DNA from: Firmicutes bacterium CAG:582
GTDB taxonomy: Bacteria > Bacillota_I > Bacilli_A > RF39 > UBA660
Assembly: GCA_000435515.1 (NCBI GenBank)
Contig: FR884183.1
Location: 1,980-65,979 of the forward strand
Length of the DNA stretch: 64,000 nucleotides
Reading direction: 5' to 3'
Shown here: positions 35,738-43,596 of the stretch, in pieces
How positions within the stretch are numbered: the first letter of the stretch is position 1
Layout of the letters: each line of letters begins with the position of its first letter
Notes under the pieces: model-generated
Database searches by the model: none
Seen by the model: the letters and a program-made list of their open reading frames with translations, nothing else
What the model was told of the DNA's origin: nothing
Position numbers and translations under genes: made by a program

Positions 35738-36725
35738 GATATGTTTTGGATGTGGTATAAAACTACAATCAACTGATAAGGAAAAACTTGGTTATGTGCC
35801 AGAAAAAAAGTTGGAATCATCAAAATATTGTATGCGTTGTTTTAGAATGATGCACTATGGAGAGGTAAGATTAGAAGAAACTCCTAAGGATAAAAAAGAA
35901 ATTATTAACAAAATCAATAAGGATAATAAGTTTGTAATATTCTTAGTAGACTTTTTAAATATAAATGATAATACAATGGATTTATATAAAAGTATAAAAC
36001 GCGATAAAATTCTTGTAATCAATAAGTGTGAGTTATTGCCTAAACATGTTAAACGTGAAAACATAAAAAAATTCATCATAGAATATTATCACGTTAATGG
36101 AGAGATAAGAATTAAAGGTGGTAATAATTCTCATGGAGCTACGTCTATTTTAAATTACTTAGAAAAAAATAATATAAAAGAAACTTATATAGTTGGAATG
36201 ACTAATGCTGGTAAAAGCACTTTAATAAATGATTTAATAAAGGCAACTAATACTGATATTTCTAAAATAAATGTAAACAATAAAAAGAATACGACTCTTG
36301 ATTTTATTCGTGTAAAATTGAATAATGGTCTTCTTTTAATTGATTCTCCAGGGATTGTTTTTGATGATTTTGTTTCATGTGATGTTGTTGATGATAATAT
36401 TGGAGCTTATAGTTTTAATATGAAATCAGGTGAAATTCTTTCTTTACTTGATGGAAAATATTATATAAAAGTAGATTCATCAACTCCAATAACTTTTTAT
36501 ACTAATCTAAATGCTAAAAATGTTGCTAAGAAAGTTTATAAAAGTTTTGATGATTTTGAATATTCAATAGAAGTTTTAGAAACTACAGATATAGTTATAA
36601 AGGGTATTGGTTTTATATCTATAAAAAATGGAACAAAAGTAAGTCTTAATGTAGATCCTAAATATATAGAAGTTAGAAAGAGTATTTTTGGAGGTATATA
36701 TGAAAATACAAGTAATGAGCGATGA
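35730..36725 (+). CDS. yqeH: ribosome biogenesis GTPase YqeH (circularly permuted)
   Basis: N-terminal zinc knuckle CFGCG...CMRCFRMMHYGE. G4 INKCELL precedes G1 GMTNAGKST. DSPG motif is present. Confidence 0.85.
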   Translation: MNKICFGCGIKLQSTDKEKLGYVPEKKLESSKYCMRCFRMMHYGEVRLEETPKDKKEIINKINKDNKFVIFLVDFLNINDNTMDLYKSIKRDKILVINKCELLPKHVKRENIKKFIIEYYHVNGEIRIKGGNNSHGATSILNYLEKNNIKETYIVGMTNAGKSTLINDLIKATNTDISKINVNNKKNTTLDFIRVKLNNGLLLIDSPGIVFDDFVSCDVVDDNIGAYSFNMKSGEILSLLDGKYYIKVDSSTPITFYTNLNAKNVAKKVYKSFDDFEYSIEVLETTDIVIKGIGFISIKNGTKVSLNVDPKYIEVRKSIFGGIYENTSNER

Positions 36726-38475
36726 TTTAGCTAATAAAATCGCAGCTGGAGAAGTTGTTGAGAGAATTTCATCAGTTGTTAAAGAATTAGTTGAAAATAG
36801 TATAGATGCTGGTAGTAAGACTATAATTGTTGATTTAGTTGAGAGTGGAACTAAACAAATTAAAGTAACTGATGATGGAAGTGGAATGGAACATGATGAT
36901 GCTCTTTTGTCATTTAAAAGACATGCTACAAGTAAGATAAAAAGAGAAGATGATTTGTTTTTCATTTCTACTTTAGGATTTCGTGGTGAGGCATTACCAA
37001 GTATTGCATCAGTTTCAAAAGTAGATCTTCGTACTTCGACTGGAGTGGGAGGAACACACATCGTTATTAATGGAGGGGCTTTAGTAACTGATGAGGCTTC
37101 TCAAGAAAAACGTGGAACAACTATAAGTGTTAATGATTTGTTTTATAATACGCCCGCTAGATTAAAATATTTAAAAAGTGATATTACAGAACTTTCTAAT
37201 GTAACTACATATATTGAAAAATTAGCATTAAGTCATCCAAATATTTCTTTTACTTTAACTAATAATGATAAAAGAATAGTATTTACTTCAGGTAGTTCAG
37301 ATCTTCTTAAAACGATTCATGAAATTTATGGGTATCAAGTTAGTTCTAATATGCTTTATTTTAAATCTAATAATGATGATTATGATATTTATGGTTTTAT
37401 TTGTAAACCTAGTATTTTAAAAAGTAATAGAAACCATATGACAACTATCGTTAATGGTAGATGTGTTAGAAATGCAGAAGTTAATGCAGCTATAAATGAT
37501 GGATATCATACTTTTAAGCCGGATATAAAGTATCCTGTTGTAGTAATGATGATTGATACTGATCCTACTCTTATAGATGTTAATATTCATCCAACAAAGC
37601 AAGATATTAAATTTTCAAAAATTGAAGGACTTAAAACCCTTATTACCGAAACGGTTAATTCCACTTTAAAAAAGGCTCTTTTAATACCAAAGATAGATAC
37701 ATATGAATATCAAGAAATAAATGAGTATCCAACAATATCAGATGTTGAAAAGATAGAAACTGAAGAGATTCAATTTGATTTTAAAACGACTCCAAAAGAA
37801 GATGTTACTAAAGAATCTACTTTTGAGGATATTAAAGAAATAGTAGATGAAACTAAAAATCCTGCTTTAGTTGAAAACGAACAAATAAAAAAAGAAGAAC
37901 TATATGCTGTTGGAATTGTTTTAGGAACTTATATAATAGCTCAAAATGAGAAGGGAATGTATTTAATTGATCAACATGCAGCACAAGAGAGAATTAATTA
38001 TGAGCGTGTTTTAAGAGGCCTTGAAAGTGCAACTATTTATACAACGCCTTTACTTCTTCCAATTCCAATTGAACTTACGACATCAGAATTTTTAAAGATA
38101 AAAGAAAATATTAACGTATTAAATGATTTGGGCTTTAAAATAGAAGAATTTGGTATAAATACGTTTGTAGTTAAAGAACATCCTACATGGTTGATAAATG
38201 GATTAGAAACGGAAAGTATTAGACGTATTTTTGATATTATAATTGAAGGTAAGAATATGTTTGATCGTGTTAAATTCCATGATCATATAGCAGCAACAAT
38301 GGCTTGCAAGATGAGTGTTAAGGGTAATGAAGCAATAACGCTTGAGCAGGCTCAAAAGCTATTAGATGATTTAGTTTTGTGTAATAATCCATATAATTGT
38401 CCACATGGTAGACCAACGATAATTACATTTACACGTTATGAACTTGAAAGAATGTTTAAAAGGGTTATGAATTAG
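36700..38475 (+). CDS. mutL: DNA mismatch repair protein MutL
   Basis: MKIQVMSDDLANKIAAGEVVERISSVVKELVENSIDAG, GFRGEALPSIASVS, C-terminal QHAAQERINYE and CPHGRP endonuclease motifs. ATG 36700 is preferred; it overlaps yqeH by 26 nt. Confidence 0.93.
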   Translation: MKIQVMSDDLANKIAAGEVVERISSVVKELVENSIDAGSKTIIVDLVESGTKQIKVTDDGSGMEHDDALLSFKRHATSKIKREDDLFFISTLGFRGEALPSIASVSKVDLRTSTGVGGTHIVINGGALVTDEASQEKRGTTISVNDLFYNTPARLKYLKSDITELSNVTTYIEKLALSHPNISFTLTNNDKRIVFTSGSSDLLKTIHEIYGYQVSSNMLYFKSNNDDYDIYGFICKPSILKSNRNHMTTIVNGRCVRNAEVNAAINDGYHTFKPDIKYPVVVMMIDTDPTLIDVNIHPTKQDIKFSKIEGLKTLITETVNSTLKKALLIPKIDTYEYQEINEYPTISDVEKIETEEIQFDFKTTPKEDVTKESTFEDIKEIVDETKNPALVENEQIKKEELYAVGIVLGTYIIAQNEKGMYLIDQHAAQERINYERVLRGLESATIYTTPLLLPIPIELTTSEFLKIKENINVLNDLGFKIEEFGINTFVVKEHPTWLINGLETESIRRIFDIIIEGKNMFDRVKFHDHIAATMACKMSVKGNEAITLEQAQKLLDDLVLCNNPYNCPHGRPTIITFTRYELERMFKRVMN

Positions 38476-38483
38476 GTGATTTT

Positions 38484-39338
38484 ATGAAGAAAAAAATATT
38501 TATTGGTGTTATTATTGTTCTTGTTGTTTTTACTTCCATATTTGTTATTTTTACTCTTGGTAAAAAGGATGGAAAAACAATTATTCCCGTTTCTAGTAGT
38601 AGCACTTCATCAACTTCAATTGAGACAAGTGAAGTTATAACTGAGACAACTCCTCCAGCAACTGAAGAGGTATCTACAGCATTAACAACAAAAACTTTAG
38701 AAACAACTAAGAAAACTACTACTAAAAAACAAACAACGACACTTGATTATAAGATTGTAAAGGAAATAAAAACTGTGGAATACACAAAATATGGAACCGT
38801 AATAAAGGAAAACTATGAAGTTTCTTATAAAGTATATAACGATGGAAGAAAAGAAGAGAAATCTAAAAAGAAAAAAAGTACGAATATTGATTCTACTAAT
38901 TATAAAGCAACTACAGATGATCTAAAAGAAGAAGCATTAACGGTGAGAAGTTCTAATAGAAGCGCATATAATGAAATGCTTTCTTATGTTAATAAGTATC
39001 GAAGTGAGGTTAATGTATCTTTGTTATCTATGGATGATGATCTAAACTTGGCAGCCACAATTCGAGCTATCGAAATGGCTTACTCTAAAAAGTTTTCTCA
39101 TTTTCGACCAGATGGGAATATGTGCTATAGTGTCATAGGAGATCTAGATATTTCAGCTAGATCTTTAGGAGAAAATGTGGCATATGGTCAAAAAACTGCT
39201 GCTGCTGTGAGTGAAGTTTGGAAAAATTCTACTTCAGGTCATTATGAAAATATGGTAAATGCGATGTTTACGAGAGTAGGCTTTGGAAAGTTTACTTTAA
39301 ATGGGAAAACTTATTGGGTTCAAATGTTTGCTGGATAA
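38484..39338 (+). CDS. CAP/SCP (PR-1-like) domain protein with N-terminal TM anchor and Ser/Thr-rich linker
   Basis: TM helix, S/T-rich stretch, C-terminal CAP blocks (FSHFRPDG, GENVAYG, SGHYENM, YWVQMF). Confidence 0.8.
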   Translation: MKKKIFIGVIIVLVVFTSIFVIFTLGKKDGKTIIPVSSSSTSSTSIETSEVITETTPPATEEVSTALTTKTLETTKKTTTKKQTTTLDYKIVKEIKTVEYTKYGTVIKENYEVSYKVYNDGRKEEKSKKKKSTNIDSTNYKATTDDLKEEALTVRSSNRSAYNEMLSYVNKYRSEVNVSLLSMDDDLNLAATIRAIEMAYSKKFSHFRPDGNMCYSVIGDLDISARSLGENVAYGQKTAAAVSEVWKNSTSGHYENMVNAMFTRVGFGKFTLNGKTYWVQMFAG

Positions 39339-39364
39339 TATTCTCTTTTTGAGAATATTTTTTC
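39337..39364 (+). terminator. rho-independent terminator
   Basis: Stem aatattctc / gagaatatt (39337-39345 / 39351-39359) followed by a T-run. Confidence 0.7.
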
Positions 39365-39393
39365 TTGCAATAAAGTGGGTTTTTAATTATAAT
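39365..39393 (+). promoter_or_regulatory. sigma-A promoter (TTGCAA-17-TATAAT) for the three-paralog unit
   Basis: ttgcaa at 39365-39370 and tataat at 39388-39393. GGAGG RBS at 39410-39414 before ATG 39421. Confidence 0.65.
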
Positions 39394-39420
39394 ATTTTCT
39401 ACGTTGAGTGGAGGCTATGT

Positions 39421-40194
39421 ATGAAAATACTTATATTTGTTTTGGAATTTCTTTTATATTTTATGAGACGTGCAAGACTTTCAAGAATTTTAGTTAACAA
39501 GGGATATTTTTATAAACCTTTTTCAATATTTAAAAGAAAGCCTTTAGTAAGTGTATCAATTATGCTTCTTTATGGTTTATCGGCCCAATTTCCTTTATGT
39601 TTCATTGTTTTTACAGAAATTCTATTTTATTCAGCTAAAAGAAAAATTGAAAACGATATTGATTCTTTAAAGCCTTATCTTAGACCTATGAGTGATGAGG
39701 AAAAAGATTTTTATGATAATGTACAAAATACAAAGAGTCATGAAGAATTTAAGGGATTACTTGAAAGCGAATTATTTCATAATATAAGCAGTGTTGATAA
39801 TGATTTAGATAAAAAGAGTCTAAGAAAATATAAAACTCGCCTTCTTCCGCTTGCTTATACTTTAGAGGAAGTAGAATACATAAGTGAGAAACTTAATGTT
39901 TCTTACACACTTGCAACTGATGGATGTGTTAATATGGCGTTTGTTGGAATGGATGAAAAGAATAATTTTAAAAGCTATGTTAATGGCGAAAATAAAATAT
40001 TTAATATAATAAATTCTGAAGATGCTAAAAACTCTACATTTGTTATTTTTACATCTTGCGATGAAAAAGATGTTGATTGTTTGGTTGAAAATATTAGAAT
40101 CATGAGAAAAAATAAGCGTGCCTGTTCAATTGAAATGGATATAAATACTTACGAAGCTTCATCAAAAGACAAAAAATTGGAAAGAAAGTTATAA
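39421..40194 (+). CDS. hypothetical membrane protein, paralog 1 of 3
   Basis: Shares architecture and motifs with the next two ORFs: N-terminal TM helix, basic R-x-x-R-I-x-x-(N/K)KG(Y/F), a second hydrophobic segment, the conserved block LPLAYTLEEVEYISEKLNVSYTLA...AFVG, and a terminal KKLERKL. The track start 39301 lies upstream of the terminator and promoter and is therefore rejected. Confidence 0.6.
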   Translation: MKILIFVLEFLLYFMRRARLSRILVNKGYFYKPFSIFKRKPLVSVSIMLLYGLSAQFPLCFIVFTEILFYSAKRKIENDIDSLKPYLRPMSDEEKDFYDNVQNTKSHEEFKGLLESELFHNISSVDNDLDKKSLRKYKTRLLPLAYTLEEVEYISEKLNVSYTLATDGCVNMAFVGMDEKNNFKSYVNGENKIFNIINSEDAKNSTFVIFTSCDEKDVDCLVENIRIMRKNKRACSIEMDINTYEASSKDKKLERKL

Positions 40195-40195
40195 T

Positions 40196-40999
40196 ATGTA
40201 TGTTTTAGAATTTATTTTACTATATATAATTTCTACAATAGTAACTAGTCGAATATATAATGAACTTATTCGTAAAATCTCTTATAGAGTTAAGTTTAGC
40301 TTTGCTAAAAAGGGGTATCTTTTAAACTGTGATCCAATAATTGATAAAAAGAAAAGAACCTATGTTGGTTTACTTGCGCTTATATCTAAACTTTTTAAAT
40401 ATGTTCCTTTTGTTAATATATTAGGAGCCTTAATTCTTACTCAAGAAACCATTAAAACATATGAGTCAGGTAAGATTCTAGATAAAGACAAGTTTTATTT
40501 ATCAGAAGAAAGTAGAAATAAATTTATAAAAAGTAATAATTTTTTAGAAAAAAGTGTTATTATCGATGTAGCAACTGTGGATATGGGTATAATGTATTTT
40601 GCATCTCAATTTAAAACATCAGTTATAGTAAATGGGATTTTATCATTAAATGGTCAACTATGTCCACTTGCTTATACATTAGATGAAATAAGACTTATGG
40701 CAAAATATTTAAATACTTCGTTTACTTTGGGAAAAATAAATGGAGTTTCGGTTGCTTTAATTGGAGCTAGAATATTTAGAAATATTAAGACTTTTGATAA
40801 TGATATTTATGAAATTATTAATGATTTTAAAACTGATGCTTCTTTTAAAGTTTATTTAATCGATGAAGAAAGTTTAACTGATAAAGATATTGATGCTTTA
40901 ATTTTGATGATTAGAGAAAATAGATATAAGCAAAGAAATAAAAAGGCTAATAATGATTATTCCTTAAATAAAGAATTTAAATTAGAAAAGAGAATATAA
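40196..40999 (+). CDS. hypothetical membrane protein, paralog 2 of 3
   Basis: CPLAYTLDEIRLMAKYLNTSFTLGKINGVSVALIG, FKVYLIDEESLTDKDIDALILMIRENR, terminal KLEKRI. Starts 1 nt after paralog 1. Confidence 0.6.
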   Translation: MYVLEFILLYIISTIVTSRIYNELIRKISYRVKFSFAKKGYLLNCDPIIDKKKRTYVGLLALISKLFKYVPFVNILGALILTQETIKTYESGKILDKDKFYLSEESRNKFIKSNNFLEKSVIIDVATVDMGIMYFASQFKTSVIVNGILSLNGQLCPLAYTLDEIRLMAKYLNTSFTLGKINGVSVALIGARIFRNIKTFDNDIYEIINDFKTDASFKVYLIDEESLTDKDIDALILMIRENRYKQRNKKANNDYSLNKEFKLEKRI

Positions 41000-41000
41000 A

Positions 41001-41816
41001 ATGACTTTTTTTGTAATAATGTTTTTTATATATGTGTTTTTTACGTACGAAACCCTTAAAATGCAGGATGCTTTGTTAAGTTTAATGAATTATCGGATTG
41101 CAAGAATATTTGCAAAGCAAGGTTTTATACTGAAAAGAGGTAAACATTTAAATAATAAAGAACAAAGATATTTTGATATGTTTTTTATGATTGGTGATGT
41201 TATTAAATTTATACCATTTATTAATGTTGTTTATACTGTTGTTTTTTCAAATATAGTGATAAAAAAGGTTACTCAAAAAAAATATCAAGAAAGCGAAAAG
41301 AGATATTTAACTAGTGAAGAGAAAAATAGCATAATAAATGCTAAAACTAAGTATGATTTAATTGAAGCAATAGATTTGATTCGTTTAAAAGATATAAAAG
41401 AAGAGTATTTTAACTCTTTTCTTACTTCACATATTTCATGTGGAAAAATTTATTTGAATGGAAAACTTCCGAATTTGGCATATAAGTTATCCGAAATTGA
41501 AAAAATGGCATTAATGTTGGATAAGCCTTTTACAATTGGTAAAATAGGAGATGATTATGTAGCTTTTATAGGTAGCAATTTTAAAAATCCGATAAATATT
41601 CATCCTGATAATAAGTTGTTTGTTCCCATGAAAGAAATAGATGATAGTAGTAGATTTGAAGTATACTTAATAAATTTAGAAGATTTGTCTGATGAAGAAA
41701 AGAATCAAGTAGTTGAAATAATAAAAAAAGAGAGAATTGTAGAACTATCCGATTCTGAACCCAATTTAAAAGGCTTTGAATCAACAAAAGATAGAAAGTT
41801 AGAATTAATGCGTTAA
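41001..41816 (+). CDS. hypothetical membrane protein, paralog 3 of 3
   Basis: PNLAYKLSEIEKMALMLDKPFTIGKIGDDYVAFIG, FEVYLINLEDLSDEEKNQVVEIIKKER, terminal RKLELMR. Starts 1 nt after paralog 2. Confidence 0.6.
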   Translation: MTFFVIMFFIYVFFTYETLKMQDALLSLMNYRIARIFAKQGFILKRGKHLNNKEQRYFDMFFMIGDVIKFIPFINVVYTVVFSNIVIKKVTQKKYQESEKRYLTSEEKNSIINAKTKYDLIEAIDLIRLKDIKEEYFNSFLTSHISCGKIYLNGKLPNLAYKLSEIEKMALMLDKPFTIGKIGDDYVAFIGSNFKNPINIHPDNKLFVPMKEIDDSSRFEVYLINLEDLSDEEKNQVVEIIKKERIVELSDSEPNLKGFESTKDRKLELMR

Positions 41817-41863
41817 AACGTTAATTTTTTTATGTATATTTTTGTAAAATAATAAAAAACAGA

Positions 41864-41930
41864 TTGATTGAAGTGACATTTTAGTGTATATTATATGTAG
41901 ACAGTGGCAGAAAGTGGAAGAAAGTGGGGG
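41864..41930 (+). promoter_or_regulatory. dcw-cluster promoter (TTGATT-17-TATATT) followed by three MraZ-box-like direct repeats
   Basis: ttgatt at 41864-41869 and tatatt at 41887-41892. GTGG repeats at 41904, 41914 and 41924 have exact 10-bp periodicity (GTGGcagaaa GTGGaagaaa GTGGgggaaa), immediately upstream of mraZ. Confidence 0.6.
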
Positions 41931-41936
41931 AAATTT

Positions 41937-42380
41937 ATGTTGATGGGTGAATATCATCACAATATTGATGATAAAAATCGACTAGTTCTTCCGAGTAAAT
42001 TTAGAAACGAATTAGGAGATAAAATCATTATTACTCGTGGACTAGATAAATGCTTATTCGTCTATTCGACCAGCGAATGGCAAAAAATTGTCGACAAATT
42101 AAAAACTTTACCATTTACACATAAAGACGCTCGTGACTTTGTTCGATTTTTCTTATCTGGCGCTATCGAAGCTGAATTTGACCGTAGTGGAAGAATCAGC
42201 ATTACCTCCCCATTGATCGGATATGCCGGTATTACACGTGAATGTGTCATTATCGGCGCAAACGATCGACTAGAAATTTGGGATAATGATTCATGGAATA
42301 ATTTCCTAAATGAAAATGATGAAAGATTTGCAAGTATAGCAGAAAATTTATTTACTACAGGTGATTATAATGCATTATAG
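41937..42380 (+). CDS. mraZ: transcriptional regulator MraZ
   Basis: MLMGEYHHNIDDKNRLVLPSKFR... with duplicated SpoVT-AbrB halves (DxxGR motifs DDKNRLVLP and DRSGRISI). ATG 41937 is preferred over track start 41904. Confidence 0.93.
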   Translation: MLMGEYHHNIDDKNRLVLPSKFRNELGDKIIITRGLDKCLFVYSTSEWQKIVDKLKTLPFTHKDARDFVRFFLSGAIEAEFDRSGRISITSPLIGYAGITRECVIIGANDRLEIWDNDSWNNFLNENDERFASIAENLFTTGDYNAL

Positions 42381-43281
42381 TGTTTTACTTAAAGAAAGTA
42401 TTGAACTACTTAATATAAAAGAAAATGGAATTTACGTTGATTGTACATTAGGATATGCTGGTCATAGTAAAGAAATCTTAAAAAGATTAAAAACAGGATT
42501 TCTTTATGCCTTTGATCAAGATTTAGAAGCGATTGATTACTCTAAAAAAGTTTTATCGGAGATTGGAGATAATTTTGAGATAATTCATTCTAACTTTTCT
42601 AATTTAAAAAGTGAACTTATGGAAAGGGGAATTACTCAAGTTGATGGAATTTTATTTGATTTAGGGTTTTCTTCTCCTCAAATTGACAATGTTGATCGTG
42701 GTTTTTCTTTTATGAAAGATGCAACATTAGATATGCGTATGGATCAAACGGCAAAAAAAAGTGCATATGATGTAGTAAATAATTATAGTCAAGAAGAATT
42801 AACCAATATATTTTATAAGTATGCTGAAGAAAAATATTCTAAAAGTATTGCTAAAAATATTGTATCTTCAAGGCCAATAAAAAAAACATTAGAACTTGTA
42901 GATATTATAAAAAGAAGCGTTCCGGTTAGTTATTATAATACTAGACATCCAGAACGAGTTATATTTCAAGCATTAAGAATTGAAGTAAATAATGAACTTG
43001 GTGTTTTGGAAAATGTTTTGCCTGATGCTATAGATTTATTAAAGTGTGAAGGCAGAATTGCTGTTATAACGTTTCATTCTTTAGAGGATAGAATAGTTAA
43101 GCATATATTTAAAAATGCCAGTGAAGTTCCAGAAATAGTTAAAGGTATCCCTGATATACCTGATGAATATAAGCCAAAAATAAAATTAATAAACAAAAAA
43201 CCAATTGTTGCATCAAACAATGAAATAAATGAAAACTCACGAAGCAAAAGCGCTAAACTTAGAGTAATAGAAAGGGTATAA
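42370..43281 (+). CDS. rsmH: 16S rRNA (cytosine1402-N4)-methyltransferase RsmH
   Basis: HYSVLLKESIELL...YVDCTLGYAGHS, DGILFDLGFSSPQID, ITFHSLEDRIVK, NSRSKSAKLRV. Confidence 0.93.
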   Translation: MHYSVLLKESIELLNIKENGIYVDCTLGYAGHSKEILKRLKTGFLYAFDQDLEAIDYSKKVLSEIGDNFEIIHSNFSNLKSELMERGITQVDGILFDLGFSSPQIDNVDRGFSFMKDATLDMRMDQTAKKSAYDVVNNYSQEELTNIFYKYAEEKYSKSIAKNIVSSRPIKKTLELVDIIKRSVPVSYYNTRHPERVIFQALRIEVNNELGVLENVLPDAIDLLKCEGRIAVITFHSLEDRIVKHIFKNASEVPEIVKGIPDIPDEYKPKIKLINKKPIVASNNEINENSRSKSAKLRVIERV

Positions 43282-43283
43282 AT

Positions 43284-43580
43284 ATGAAAAAATCAACTTC
43301 AAAAAAAGGAATTAAATTTAAAAAAGGAGAAAAGTTAATTATTGCAGTTTTATCTTTACTTGCGCTTATGACACCTGTTATGGTTGTTTATACAAGTGCT
43401 ACTTTATCAAGTTCAAATATTGAAGTTGAAAAGATGAAAAAGAAGATTGAAAAACAAGAAAACGTTAATTCAAGTTTATCAATGCAAGTTGATGAACTTG
43501 CAAGTCTATCCACTATTCAAGATGTTGCAAAGAGTAATGGTTTAAGCTATAATAATGATAATATAATAGTTATTAAATAA
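43284..43580 (+). CDS. ftsL: cell division protein FtsL-like
   Basis: 98 aa. Basic N-terminus, single TM helix, coiled-coil region. Canonical position between rsmH and the class B PBP. Confidence 0.65.
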   Translation: MKKSTSKKGIKFKKGEKLIIAVLSLLALMTPVMVVYTSATLSSSNIEVEKMKKKIEKQENVNSSLSMQVDELASLSTIQDVAKSNGLSYNNDNIIVIK

Positions 43581-43596
43581 TAAGTGAGGTTAAAAC

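Noticed and set aside
36576-37061. 161-aa ORF on the - strand
   Set aside because: It is antisense to the highly conserved N-terminal ATPase domain of mutL and has no motif. It is a shadow ORF.
39301-39420. N-terminal extension of paralog 1 (track ORF start 39301, overlapping the CAP-domain gene)
   Set aside because: The extension would span a strong terminator and a consensus promoter. ATG 39421 has a GGAGG RBS and gives a protein collinear with the other two paralogs.
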